DNA of 64,000 bases, taken from Camelus ferus (lineage: Eukaryota). Position numbers and translations under genes: made by a program. Of the stretch, positions 24,700 through 38,374 are shown one piece after another. The notes under the pieces were generated by a model. It saw only the letters and a list, made by a program, of their open reading frames with translations. It searched no databases and was not told the DNA's origin. The stretch covers positions 3,784,001 through 3,848,000 of the forward strand of contig NC_045697.1 in NCBI RefSeq assembly GCF_009834535.1. Direction: 5' to 3'. Position 1 is the first letter of the stretch. Each line of letters starts with the position of its first letter.

Positions 24700-25250
24700 A
24701 GGCACTGAACTTGTACACTTTTAAAAAACGGTGAATTTTATGGTATGTAAACTAATAAAGCTGTTATAAAAATAAGCTGCTGGCTAAGATCAAAGGGAAA
24801 TAGTCTGATAACCTACGAAGTAATGTGACCAAACATAAAAACTGGGAACCCGATCGAGCCTTGAGATCTAACTGCCGATTTACAGGACATGCGGAATAGA
24901 AAGACCACATTAAACACACCGCAGGGATCTAACCAGCAAAATCCAGACTGTGGGAAATGCTAATGGGCAAATGGCATCACTTCTTCACTAAATAAAGGGT
25001 GAAGGGAGAAGGGAGAAGTGGAAAGGTGGGCAGCCCTATACGTTAAAAAAGACTTAAAAGATCTTTCAGCCAATTGCAATGTGTAGACTTATCTGGATCC
25101 TGGTTCAAGCAGCCTATGAAACTACTGGTGACCTTTGGAAACAAGTAGAAATATGAAAACTGACTGGATATTTGACAGGCGCACAGGGGCTCGTTATTCT
25201 ATTTCATTCTGTTTCTCAGTGCACTTTAAATCTTCCACTAATAAGAAAAA
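24700..25250 (+). mobile_element. Old L1 (L1MC/ME-like) 3'UTR fragments
   Basis: actgaacttgtacactt..gtgaattttatggtatgtaa; cagcaaaatccagactgtgggaaa; tgcaatgtgtagacttatctggatcctg. Confidence 0.7.
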
Positions 25251-25981
25251 TAAATCAGGAACAAGTACTGGGCACATACAAGCCTCCCCAGACATCAACC
25301 AACTAGGCCCTGATGCTCAGGCAAACAGCAGCTGCAGGGCCAAGAATCAAGGTTTTAGTTTTCCCTTTTTAGAAAGATAAAGACTAGGATTCAGATGACC
25401 CTGGCCAAGCCCACAGGGGACGTAACCTATGAGGAATGCCCAAAGGAGATGCGAGGGACCTAGAAGATGGAGGCCCAAGCTGGGCCGCTCCCATGCTGTT
25501 ACTTGGCTGCTTTGCTAACAGGTGAGCTGGGGCAACACATCCCGAAGCCCCCTCCCCGCCTCCCCTGTGCCTGCTCTCTGGGCCTCCTCTGTTCACCACC
25601 CTGTCCCGGGCACACCCATGGTGAGGGAGGGAGCGGGGCACGGCAGTGTTAGTTTCCCTGCTTTCTGTCTCTGACGTTTAAAAAGGGGGGAAAGGGATCG
25701 GTTAGCAAAATGCTGTCTAACGTGCAGAGAGCACTGTGACAGCTGATTCAAAGTTCTGCCCGCGCCCCGCCTTGCCACTGCAGAACGGGTGGGAGGGCTT
25801 TTATTATCCAGCCCCTTCCTCCGACACAGACCCAAAGAGGAGATGACTGCCCAAGACCCCCTGTGGCAGAGCCAAGCCTCAGACCCAGGCCACCGCACGT
25901 GCAGCCCCGGAACTGCCGTACGGAGGGCCGTCTGCTCACAGGTAGCTGACTTCCTGAGCTGACTGCTGAGCCACCGCTCAC

Positions 25982-26240
25982 CTGAGCCCACTTCTTGTTC
26001 CGACTCTGCATCTGCACAGCAGCTATGGAAGCAAAGAACTCCTCAGCCGGCAGGTCGTCGGGCAGCCGCGTCAGGAACTGGGCTATGTGAATGAAGTCCA
26101 TCTTGGTCAGGATGTCCTCGAACAGCTTCAGGATGCCCAGGGCCGTGCGGAACAGAAACTCCTCCCCGTCCCGGCAGAACACATCCCATATACGACAGGC
26201 CAGGTCAAGGGGCAGAGACTTGCTATATAAAGTAAAGATC
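25982..26240 (-). CDS. TBC1D14: TBC1D14 coding exon
   Basis: 259 nt, (W)[60 protein letters not shown]...KKWAQ; cag acceptor and gtgag donor; typical TBC RIWD motif. Confidence 0.96.
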
Positions 26241-29151
26241 CTGGGGAAAAAGTTTGAGTTTTTCAGATTTCAGATGGCACAAAGAGCGCACTCTCAATTC
26301 AGGTCTAATCCATTAGAATGCTCCCTCAGTTAGTAGCTCTCATACTCACACTGCGGGGAGGGGACTCTCGGCCTGATTTCACTCTGAAGGTCAATTTAAA
26401 CATTTTACAAAACAGCATTAACTGTCACAAAGAATCTCAAACACCATACAATTTCTGAATTACAGATACCAGTTACCTTTACATGCAACAAGTATTTACG
26501 AGCACCTGCTATGTGCTTATTCCCCTGTGGGAGGTGCCAGATACAAGGTTAATACAGCCGACAAGACTTAAGGGTCTGGTGGGGACTGGAAACAGTAGAC
26601 AGAAATATCTAGTTCTGTGCACTTGTACACCTGACTTCCGAAGACTGCTGTACACTTCTGTCCCAGTAGGGGTCAGCAAAGGAACAAAGAAAAATTTTCC
26701 CAAAAATCTGAGGGTAGATTACAAGAAACTGATCTTATATTTAACAATGCAAACCATGAGATAAAAAAAAAGTGAAATACAGATATGTGTTCCCTTCAAA
26801 AAACGTGATTATCACAGTCCAAACTACCAAATAAATACAATCCTCGGTGATCATACGTCATCAGGTCTAACCGCTTCTACCTTGGAACGTGGCCATGTCA
26901 CAAAGCGAGGCGAGTCAGGTTGAGATGTCGACCAAACTGGATCCCTGTGAATCTGCCCTCCTCCTGCAGCTATGAGCCACAGCCCGGGCACCATGTCCAG
27001 GACATCTCCTGATCCCCAGGCCCAGCCAGATGCTCCTTCCCGCTCTGGGCTCCCCCTGCCCTGGTGCTCATCACAACACGCTGTGTTCATGTCTGTCTCC
27101 CACGGAGACTGCCCGAGAGTAGGGACCTGGCCCATCTCACCCCCACCCTCAGCACCAGCACCGCATCTGGCGATCTCTGCCGAGTAAGTGTGCGGGCAAG
27201 CTCCCAGTCCACTTAAGAACGTCACAGACGTCAGAGATTCTCACTGCCCTCTCACCAGGTGGACGAGTCCTCATGACAGGTGCTGACTCTCATCTGCTGG
27301 GGGATACTTTATCCCTCCTGGAAAACCACTTTTCTGCAGGTCTCAGTTTTTCCTTAGTGTCCATGCTGACTCAAGAGACACGCGGGGCCCATGAAGGCAC
27401 CTGAACTCAAGTGTTGGACTTAGACGCAGGGCTCTGGTCAGGAGGTAATGTCACCAGGCCTTGAAGAGCAGGACTCTCACCTCCCTAGAAAAGATTCTAC
27501 CAGGAATGTTACGCCGTACTGGCAAATATGCTCCCTAGTTTCATGGGTACAGGCTTTCGGTCTGCGGTGAACTCCAGGGTGCAATTTACTCGACTCTCTC
27601 GCCTGGGAGGATGCTCTGCCCCAGAAACAGCCTTTCCTCCAGGACCCGGAGGACGTTCCATGCAGTTAAGGGCATATATTCAACACTACATGCTGATGAA
27701 GACCCAATAATGTTCAAGGCTGCCCCTTGTTAGTGCTTTAAAACTCTTAAGAGACTAAAGAAAAGTGTAATAATTTAGATTTCAACTCAGATGATGGAAG
27801 AGGGAGGCAGATGTCAGGAAGAAATCACTCCAGGTCCTGCCACCAGTAAGTGGCAGAGTCAGACCCTGAAGCCATCCCAGAGCCCACGCCCCGAGCGCCG
27901 GGAGTGCACGGCGTGCCCTTGGGCAGCACGCGGTCGTGCTGGGAGGACACCTGACCTGTCGGAGCCACAGAGGACCTTCAGCCTTAGCTTCTCCTTTCTC
28001 AAGAAACCGAAACCCATTTCACTGTCGGTCTAGAAGACACAGTTCAAGAGAGAATCAAGAGACCCGTTTCTAGTTGCAATCTGAAAAGCGTTCTCAGTTC
28101 CATCTGGAGGAAGTTTTATTTTTCAAAAGTGAAGAGACCTGACCTAATCTCCAGCACTGCTTCTCACCCACCAGTTCACTGGTGGGAATCAAGCCCTCAC
28201 ACCTTAAAAGCAGGGTGTTAAGTAAAAAATGATGGAGAAATACAGTAACTATAGGCAAAGAAGAGAGAGAAATAACAAAATTAATTTCTTTAGCATAATA
28301 CTGAGTTCAGATTTGTGTGTGGGTCTCCATATACTCCTCTAGATATATTTTGAACTGTACAAGATTAAGCCGACATCGAAAGACCAGGGGAGCCACACTC
28401 CAGGCCCGTGACGTTCATGTTTACGCTGCACCTCACATGTCCCTTTCATACAGTCATCAAGCGGGGATGGACACCCCGGCTACCTTCCCCTGCAGACTCC
28501 GGCGGGCCTTCCAGTGACCAGCTCCTGGGCCCTGGGCTCTAGTCCGAGGCAGTCCTTAGGCAGTCCTCCTGCTCCTGCAGCGTCTGAGCAGGGAGGGTGT
28601 CCGCCTCCCCGCCTCCCGCAGCAGGACTGCTCAGACGCGCATCCGTGTCCTCAAGCGCCCCTCTCCCTCTCCTCTCATCTCCCCTCTCACTGCAAAACCA
28701 TTCATTACCAGCGGCTGTCAAATGCTTGACTATTTTAAACCACGTTTAGCTGTGAATAGGACACTTCAACGACGCTCCCCCACTTCATTCTCAGGAGAGT
28801 GGTTCATCGGGCCCCATTCATGCAGGTGAGGAGCCACTCGGCCCCAGGGGATGCAGTGAGCGAGCAGGGCAGCCAGGGAAGCCGCCCTCCGGAGCGAGCA
28901 CGCTGCCGTCTGCACTCGGCCTCCCCGCCTCAAGCGCTTCCAGTCGGCTCCCCGCGGCACAGTGCTGGGGCCTCAGCCCACTCCAGCCGGGACGAGGGCG
29001 GAAGAAGCAGGGAGGGGCGGTGAAAGCCCCCGGCCTTCCCAGGACTGTTGAGTGTTCTTGCCCTGGAGTAGGAGAGAATGGAGGATTTTTCTCCCCCAAG
29101 AAATGACTTTTTCTCCCTTGGACCGCTGCGTATTACTGCACTGTGTGTATT

Positions 29152-29192
29152 TGTGTGTGTGTGTGTGTGTACACACAACACACACACACACA
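29152..29192. repeat. (TG)n immediately followed by (CA)n compound microsatellite
   Basis: tgtgtgtgtgtgtgtgtgt-acacacaacacacacacacaca. Confidence 0.95.
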
Positions 29193-32100
29193 TATATGTC
29201 TGTGTTGCTAAACTAATGACGTGGCAACAGGCTCAGAAAGGACAAGGAGTGAGTGGTGTGTATCTATTTCCCCAACAGCACATGGAGGGGAATGGGAACA
29301 GTTCTCTTCCTGTCAAGCCGTCAGTTTCCAGAAAGCATTCTTATCTGGCGTTGCCTGCTCCAACTGCTTGTCTGAGCTTCCAGGGGAGCGAGGGAGCACG
29401 CCGGGGAGGGAGGGGGGCTCACCACTTCCGAAGCCAGGCGTGGGGACACAGGCTCCTTCTGAGAAGCCCGCGGTGGGAGGACCGACATCCCCGCCTGCTC
29501 CTCGCGGGCCTGGCTGCAAGCACCAAGCAGAGCCGACGGGCACCTGCTTCCCTGCAAGGTGCGGCTTCGTATGCTCCCCCTGGATCATCCAGTTTGATCC
29601 CTCAGTTAGAACAAGCTTCATCTCCATTTTACGGTGAGAAAACTGCAAATCTAGGGAGGCTGTGGAAACGCGGGTTTCAGCCTGAGGAAAGGGTGAAGGT
29701 CCTCTAGCGTCTCACCCGCTGAGGAGCAAAACCAGACACACCTAGACCTCCAAAGCCTGACAGCCAACTGCCAGCTGTGCCTGAATGCTCCCATCCTCAC
29801 CGGTTCCTAAGAATGGGACTTTGTCCCCCAAGCTGGCTTACGAAGTGGTCCTGAACCCCTCCCCCTCACCACGGTGTGCCCCGTGTCCTAAAAACCCAGA
29901 CCAGCCATTCGCGTAGACATCGCTAGAAAACCACTCAGCCTCCTTAGGCCTTGTGAGGATTAAACAAAACAACATTAAACACCCAATATAGAACTGCAAT
30001 CACTAAAAACTGAAGGTAGTTATGTAAGTCTCAGTTCAAACTTAATTAACAAGCCCAACCCTTGCCCCGATCCTGGAAGCAATCAGACAGATCCACCGCA
30101 GTGCCCCGGGAGGACCCCCTAACTTGAGCTCAAAGGTACCCTCACTTGAGCTGCCAGCACCGAGCAGAGGCAGGAGACAGTAGGGAAACAGGTGAACCCT
30201 GCGTTAGAACGCAGCCTCCATTGCAGCCAGGCCGAGGTGGGCTGGTGACCAAGGGCTGTGCAGGGCCTTCCTGCGGGCAGGTGTCCCCACTGCAGGCTTG
30301 GACGCCTCCTCCGTGCCACCCCCCCCACACACACGCACACATTCTGATGAGGCCCCCACGTCGGCCAGGTGCTATTCCGGATGCCTGGGAGCTCAGCAAG
30401 CCAACACTACTCTGGAGTTCTTAGGCAGACCCAAAACCCGAAAGTTAGAAGCTATTAGTGAAGTGTATGCAAGATGCGATGGAAACTAAAATCTCCTGAC
30501 TCGTAGTTTCACCTTGAACCATGCCTTTAACCTAGAGACAGCATGATGATCAGATCTCCAAGTATCACCAGACATTATTCAAGAAACATTAATCGTGATG
30601 TACAATGTACTGCTTGATTCTTCTGTTAATTCAGGATTATTTGCTACAAAACCCACTCACGTCTCTGAGTAATTCTGCCATTTGACAGCAGTGGGGAAAT
30701 ATTTTGATAAGTCAAATGACCTCATGTCAGCCCTCCCACAAAACATGGACACCTGACTGAACACTCACAACTCTGTAGGAGGCCGCAGTCGGTGAGGCCC
30801 TGCCCTAAGCCTCCCAGCTCCGCGCGAGCAGAGAAGAGCGACAAGCACTACACAGGACCCCTTGCCAGGAAAGCAGCGTCAGTGAGCAAATCTGAGCCTC
30901 AGCCATGGAGCCTCTGCAGCACTGGGCAGACAGCGGCCCTGAGTGCACTTGGGGAGCGAGCACCCGGGTGAGCCTCGGGCCGGATTCCATGTATTTTAAG
31001 CCCAGGAAGGGGCCCCTCAGGAGCAGATTCATTCTTGGATCTAGGACTCTGAGCCAGGCATGGGTCCAGGCACTGGGGACACAGAGGTGACTGGCAAAGC
31101 TTGGTCTATTACAGGCACAGCAGGAAACAGACGATGCCCTCAGTGGTCAGCGCTGCGATGGGGGAAGCCTTGACTGCTGGGGCGGAGGGGAGAGGAAAGA
31201 GCATTCTGGAAGAGTAACTATCAAACCGGCCAAGACAATGTCCTACATAAAGCCACAAGGCGATAATCCTGGGGGAAGAGAAGCTGCGCTGGGAATGAAG
31301 GGGCGACTCCCACATGGCCTCTGGGGCAGACAGCAGGGCAGGAAAGGAGATTCTGTCGTCTTGTCTGAGCACCACAGCTCACCCAGGACACTCAGGAAGC
31401 CAAACCACGGGGCCCACAGCCCTCCAACACGGAAAAGGAGAGTGAGCTGCTGGAAGCCCCTGCAGACCACGTGCACAGTGCAGATCCACCACACATGCAA
31501 CTCAGAGGCAGGCCCTGCTGTCAGGGGTGCAGACACCGGTTTGGGGAAGGTGACATGATGAAGCAGGAAAAGCAAAAGGTCTGGAGTGAGACTGGTCTGG
31601 ACCACTCACTACAGGCGAGATGCTGCGTAAGGGGCCTCGGCAGCTTCCTCTGCGCTAAGACATACCTGCTCCAGAGGCCGTGAAGGTGAAACAAAAGAAC
31701 GAGTGCCTCTGAGACGCCAGCTTCCAGGGCAGGCCCTAGGCCAAACCTGTTCCTTCCCCGGGCTTCCTTCCCACTGCCTACCCTGCTTCTGATCTGAGCT
31801 TTGAACTAACTGTTAGCACCCAACCAAGAGCCTGAATCATTACAGACCATCCATAAATGTGGACTGCAAGGAATAAATCATGAATATACGGTTTTCCTGT
31901 GCTTAATTCACTGTGCTTTAATTCAGCTTAAATCCCTACTAAGGACTTACTATGTGCCTAGCCCTACCATCAGCGTTCCACCTGGTCCTAATTCCACGAA
32001 GCAGTCAAGCATCTCGCCAGGGACAGGCCTGCACCAGCAGAGCCCTCGTCAGACTACAGCGGGCAGCACTCACGGGGCATCAGGCACCAACCACGTCACG

Positions 32101-33426
32101 TGGTCTCTGGAGCGGGGTCCTCACAGCTCCTTTTCACTCGGACCTCTGTGCTCTGCTCCACCCGCATCGCCAGCAAGCCTGCCCCGAGCTGTGTACCCTC
32201 ACCAGCGTGCTGCTGTATCTTTGGAGCCTGAGCTCCGGGACCCACCTCATGGGTCATGCTGCCTTACAGCTAAAGCCCCTAGAGAACAAGCTCTGAGCAG
32301 GTGAGCACCAGCCCTGCCGCTCAGCCAGCCCCGAGGCCTTGGGCAAGTCACTCAGCCTCTTGGAGCCTCACCTTCCTCAAGTGTGAGACAGAGGTGCTGC
32401 AGTCCACGGGAAGGGGCTGCTCTAAGCGTCCCACGAGATCATGAGAGAAGCACCGGAGTCCATGAAGGCAGGTCCCCTCGACCGCTACCCCCCACCTTCA
32501 GTCTGGAATAGAAAGAGACAGGCGTCCTGCAGGACAGTGCTCCTCCCTGCCCGTGGTGACCGCACCGACCACCGCCTATGCTGTCATCACACTGGATCAG
32601 CACCAGCTTTTTTTTTTTTTTTTTTGAACAAACAGAACAGAACAGGAAACTTCTGAATGCTCTGCACATAGTGACAGCTAGGTACTGGTTCATGAAACCT
32701 GTTTCGTATACATACTATGTTGCTGCACACACGGCCACACGCTGGGTCACAACACAGAATTTACTTCCTTTTACAAGTCAGGGTAAAAAAAGTTTGAAAG
32801 TCACTATTCCAGAACAGTGCTTTCCAAAGTTCACTTTTAGCCTGGAATCCTAAGAATCTAACCTGGGGGCCTCAAATAGACCAGGTAGAAGCTGAAGACT
32901 CTGGTCCCACAGGAGCCTCCCCTACCACCCTCCCCCAGTCACGGGCTCCAGGCTGGGAACCTTCAAGGTCAGGGTTCACGGTCAAATGACCAGCATGCGT
33001 GCACAACAGGGGTGCAGAGGGACAGCCTATACAAGAGCTGAGTGTTCGTGTTGTGGACAAATCATTTGTCAGCTAAATAAAGGTGCCCTTCAAGGCAGGC
33101 CCCAAACACTTCCACCCTGCACAGCCAGACAGGCCAGCCCAGCATCCCCACCAGTGGCCACTTCACGGCCATCTCACTATACTAACCCACAGTGACACAG
33201 CACCTGTCACGACAGCTAGGAGCTGTGACCCTCAGACCCTGTGCCTGGCAAGAATTCATCAGAATCAGAACAAAACAGGGTTGAGGGCAGAAGCAGCCAA
33301 TGCCAAGAATCCCACAGGCTTGTTCCCGTGGGTGTGGACAAGTTGGCTTTATTTAAAGGAGCCTTGTTTCCGACGACATTGGGACTTCACCTTGTAGAAG
33401 CCTTTTCCCTCATGAAGAAAGTGAGC

Positions 33427-33450
33427 AAAAAAAAAAAAAAAAAAAAAAAA
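33427..33450 (+). repeat. A24 homopolymer
   Basis: Counted directly; a T18 tract lies at 32608-32625. Confidence 0.95.
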
Positions 33451-34994
33451 GTCACACCAGCTCTGCATTCCTGGCAGTTTCAGAGTCATTGTGCAAGTTA
33501 GTGCCGAAGCCCCAACAGGCCTTTCAGTCAAGTGACATTCCTTCCCTCTGCAGAGCCCGCTGTGAGTCGGGGTGGGAATGCCGGGCAGTCAACGGACAAG
33601 GCCCTGAAAGGCTCATCAGCTTGGTCTACAGATGAGGGAGCAGGCTCAGAGAGGTTCCAGGGCCCTCGGCCAGGCCATAGGTGAGTAACAGGAGAGGCTG
33701 GGACTTGGGTGGGACCGCAGGACTGCAGAGCCACGCTCCTCCCACCATGCGGCCCCGAGAGACTCCTCACCTTGCTCCCAAGTTACCGCCCACCTTCTCC
33801 CCTGGCGCTCTCTGGAGTGACGCCCTAGCCTTTCCTCCGACAACCACATGCACCTATGCACGAAGACCTGCCTGTCCACTGCCCCACTGCAGAACTCCCT
33901 GGAGCCTTGTATCTGTGAGTCTTCCTCAGTGTCCTACAGGCACCTCAGAACCACTGTGTCCAAAGCCAAATCCACTAAGAGTCCCAACAAACCCAACCCT
34001 GCTGTGTTCTGGTCTCAGCTGGGCTCAGCCCCCCCCCCCCAGCATCTGGCCCCACAAGAGCAGACCACGCGTCTCCGCCCTCTCCCCAACAGCCACAAGC
34101 CTCCCCTGGGGCCACAGCGCTTCCCTCTCCAGCATCTCTCTCCTCCCCACTCTCCACCCACTCCCGCAGCCTCAGCTCAAGCCCTGGCTTTTTTTCCTTA
34201 ATGTGTCTGCCTCCAGGTTCCCCTGCCTTGCAAGTAAATAAAACTCACTTCTGGGTATAGCCCACCTGCATTCTCACCCCAAGCAAAAACCTTCAACCGC
34301 TCCCTCTGGCCCCTGTAATCCTGTCTGCTCCTCTACCTGGCATCCGAGACCCACCAGACCCGGCTTCCCAGCCTTTCGCCTGCCGCCCTCTGCCCTTTAC
34401 TTCAGGCTCCCACATCTCCATGCCAACTGCTGCAGCCCTAATTCTGGAATGCCGCACACTCATGTCATGTCTTGGCTCAAACTCCTGTGTCATCTCTGTG
34501 TACTCTGGCCCCCAAGCCTGGGTCCAGGCCTCTGTCCTTCCCTTCCTTCAGGGACGGCACTCATCACCTGCTGTCCAGCCCCAGCCGTCCACAGACAGTC
34601 TCTCCTGCTAGGGAGAAGCTCCGGACAGGCCAGTGCCGAGTCCCCTCACTGCTTGTCCGGGATCCTAGCGGAGAGCCTCCACAGACCTGGTGCTTAGTGA
34701 TGTCTCGTGGAAGGAATGGATATCAGTACCTTGAAAACAAAGAGGTCCAAGACACTGTTCTCCCCGAGAGAATTCAGGAGGACCAGTTAGAGTCACAGGA
34801 GGCACCAGAGAGAGTAACAGAGCTGAGCAGACGACCAGCAGCATGAGCCCAGGGACACAGGGCTCGGGGCCGCGGGGGAGACGGTAAAGCAGGACGTGGG
34901 GGTCAGCCGAGCCCTGGAAGATGCTGGCAGTAAGGAATGAAAAACAGGGGTGTGGAGATAAGAAAACACTGAAAACATTAAAATGCAGTCTTAC

Positions 34995-35104
34995 CAATCA
35001 ATTAGGTAGATGTCTGGAGTTAAGTTGTTTTTCTTGAAATGGGCAAATAATTTCGGCAAATTTTCTTCAAAGAATACCTCAAATGCAGCAAAATAAGTCA
35101 ACAT
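34995..35104 (-). CDS. TBC1D14: TBC1D14 coding exon
   Basis: 110 nt, [36 protein letters not shown](W); tag acceptor and gtaag donor. Confidence 0.95.
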
Positions 35105-35299
35105 CTAGGGAGACAATGTGAAACATACTATAAACTCATTATCAGCACAAGCTTCTAGTCTACAAAAAAAGGCAACACACGTGCACCTTTACAACCTAAC
35201 ACTCATCTTCACGCGTAACTGCGCACGTATCTTCTCTGGCAACCTGGAACCAGGCACTACACGTGCACCATCTCAATAAGAGCGGTCTCTGTCTCACAT

Positions 35300-35432
35300 C
35301 ACTGGCTGCATCTTATTATTTCTTCAATTTGTAGATAAGAGAACTGAAACCCAGAACAGTTCTGTCACTTGCCAAATGAGGTCACATCACCAGCGTGTGG
35401 CGAGGCGGGGCCCTGAACCTGTGCCTGTCCCC
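35300..35432 (-). mobile_element. MIR SINE
   Basis: tttgtagataagagaactgaaacccagaacagttctgtcacttgccaaatgaggtcaca resembles the reverse MIR core. Confidence 0.7.
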
Positions 35433-35878
35433 CAGCAACGGCTGACTCCTGACAGGTTCATTCTCTGAGAACCAGGGATGGACTAACTGCCTAAAACGAT
35501 CTGAAAAACCAGGCATGCCTCCCTCCCAACCCCTAGCATTTCCAGAGGGAACATAAAACATAACACTAACATTGAGGCAAGGGCAACACTGCTGCGGCTC
35601 AGAAGTGCAGCCCTTTAATGCAGTGAGGGAGAAACCCTGCGGGGAAAAAGGAAGCAGCCACGGCCTGTGTTTTACCAGCACACGCTTTTCACCTTCTTAC
35701 AGGGTTTGCAGGAAAACAAAATGGACAGAGCAGGGGCGGTGCTGACACAGGATTAGGAGCGGCACACATCTGAGACACAGCCTGGTTCTGTTCCACCCTT
35801 TCCCAGCTGGATGCCTGTGGGCAGACGGCAACTCTCAGAGGCTGTCTGCACATCTTAGTGAAGGGATGTTCTGAAAAC

Positions 35879-36089
35879 CAGTGGCTCCCAAGTAGGGGCG
35901 ACTGTGCCTCTCAGGCGACACCTGGCTGTGCCTCAGGACATTTCTGATTGTTGCATCTAGCAGGGAGGTGCTACTGGCATCTGGTGGGGAAAGGCCAGGG
36001 GTGCTGCTGGACGGCGTCTGATGCACAGGACGGCCTCACCACAGCTGCGCAGCCCCAGATGTCCATGGCGCTGCTGCAGAGAAACCCTG
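35879..36089 (+). mobile_element. MER20 hAT-Charlie MITE
   Basis: cagtggctcccaa..ggggcgact..gtgctactggcatctggtgggga aaggccagggg tgctgct..tgcacaggacggcc..gagaaaccctg. Confidence 0.88.
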
Positions 36090-37565
36090 CTGTAGATGCA
36101 GCTCCCACTCAACATTACAATTCTGTGATTTTTCCTTAACAACATAAGCTAAAATTTCTCATTTTTCATCATGTGTTTCCAAAGGGGTCTTCAAAATTAG
36201 AAGATACTTAGATGTAAACCATTTTGTCATATAAAAAAGGTTTTTTCCTGACTATGAAAGTAGTGTCTGTAAAATGCTCACTGTAGAAAACTTGTGAAGT
36301 ACAGAAACGAATAAAGATCATCCATTAACATTGGGTGTACTTCCTTTTATTGTTAAATATGGTAGCTATTATGGCATATATTCTATTTTACATACTTCAG
36401 AAAAAATTTGCATTTTATCTTCAATCTTTCCCCGTACAGTTGTTTGCAATGTCAATGTTGCACTGGATAGAATATTTCCAGATTTTAATGAACATTCTGT
36501 ATTCCCCTAAATACCCATTTTTAAAAGTTTTCATTTTCACAATGAAAAATAATTTTAAATTTTTACTGAATAATTATAACTGTGCAATAATCACTGTGCA
36601 AAGTGCTCTGTCCACACTTGTGATTTTCTTAGAAACAATTCTTCTGAAAATTACACACCAACACCATTTACTGCTACTGACACCTAACACCAAACCGTCT
36701 TCCAGAAGGACACTGCCAATTTACACTTCCCTTGAGAGCCACCATTTAGCAGCAATTTCATAATACTTAAAAAAAAAAAATGTATGTAACAGCCTGAGCA
36801 AGATATACTCAGGAGTGCTTAACACATCAAGGAAGAAATATTCTCTAGCTGTTCTGAACTATTAGATCCTTTTAGGTCTGAAATACTAGTGACAATTATC
36901 AGCAAGTGTCAGCAAACGACGAGCAAATCCAGACAATGCTAACTACAAAGCGGATGGATCTGGTGCATCGGTGACCTCCCTCCCTCCTGGGCTACAGGAA
37001 GAACACAGGCTTAGGAAGCAGAAGGGGTCCAGTGCGGCTCTCCACTGACCAGATATGTGCCTCGACCGAGGCCTATCACTCCTGAGCCTCACTTCCTTAT
37101 CTGCACCAGGCAGTGGTCCCACCTCCAGGAGCGGGTGGGACCTCCCCAGGGCAAGGACTGCCAAATCCTTCCAGCCACTCATTTCTTCCTTCTGTCAGAT
37201 GGAGGAGCCGGTCTTAAGCCCGTCTCCTCTCCTGTGTATGAGCATGCTGCGTGAGGCAGACCCCGATGTGGGGCTGCTCTGGGGCTTCTGCTTGGACACA
37301 TGGTGTGCATGCTAGAATATATTTTCAGAAATATTTTCCGAAAGGATGCTTTAAGAAATTTTTTCATATGGCTATTAATCACGTGCTTTTGAAGTTCAGC
37401 ACAACACCCAAAAAATCCTCCACGTCATGTAGTGCTACTTATTCTGAGTATCTTAGTGGAGGAAAAATGTATTATTTTTTCCCCCTGAAGAGAAAAAATG
37501 ATTAGGCCCCTCTTGCTGTGTGAAAACACAGTACCCAGGGCACAACACACACCGGGGATACTTAC

Positions 37566-37694
37566 AAGGCCATGGTCCACTCGAAAAAATGCCATTTGAC
37601 ACGGTTTATTCAAAAGATTAGAAAAAGCAATGAAGGCATCTGCAGTATCTAAGTTCAGGATCAACACGGCCGCTATGAAGGACATGCCCTGAAC
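37566..37694 (-). CDS. TBC1D14: TBC1D14 coding exon (Gln finger)
   Basis: 129 nt, [43 protein letters not shown]; cag acceptor and gtaag donor. Confidence 0.96.
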
Positions 37695-38374
37695 CTGAGA
37701 GGAGGAGAGAAATGGGGATTACACTGAGGCAGCCACCACAGTCAGAACAGCTCTGCCATCTTACCGGAAGAGGAACCCAAATCCCTCACACTGAAGGATC
37801 CACACTGCACCCGTCCATGGCCACCCGCCGGAGGCTGAACCGACAGCCCTCTCCATCCTGGCCTGGCCTTGCCGGGAACCGCCGCTCTGCCCCATCGGCC
37901 ACCTGCGTGCACTGCTCCAGCCCCACCCGCAACACGGGGAAAACCATGACCAGCCCCTCCTGCGTCTGAGATGCCACCCTCTGCAACGTAGAGCTTCCTG
38001 GTGCCAGAGATGCGCGTCTAACCGAACGCGTTACTCTAAAACTGCGCATGCGCGTCTGCCAAGCCGCAGGCGCAGCAGCAGCACAGCGTCAAACGCGGTC
38101 ACTGCTAAAAGCGCTTCTGACTTAATGCTGAAAAAAATCACATGCGAAAAACGTAAGTCAAACCCCATTAAAATGTGATTAATGCCACAGAGCAGCCAAG
38201 TCAGCTCAACTTCCCTGCGAGGAAACTGAGGCAAATCATTTACCGTGAGACGTTTCATACTCAACAAAAAAACGGGGGCATTCAACCTGACACCTGCAGC
38301 TACAGTGTGCTGGCCAACATTCCAACTTTCTTTCTAGATGAGAACATTATAAAGTATTCAAAAAGTTCACTTAC

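Noticed and set aside
29078..29707. 209-aa plus-strand ORF
   Set aside because: Reads through a dinucleotide microsatellite; no recognisable homology.
32608..33450. T18 and A24 tracts as possible retrocopy tails
   Set aside because: No target-site duplication and no recognisable SINE or mRNA body next to either tract.
36335..36763. 142-aa hydrophobic ORF resembling a membrane protein
   Set aside because: T-rich sequence resembling a decayed antisense L1; GTG start; hydrophobicity follows from base composition.
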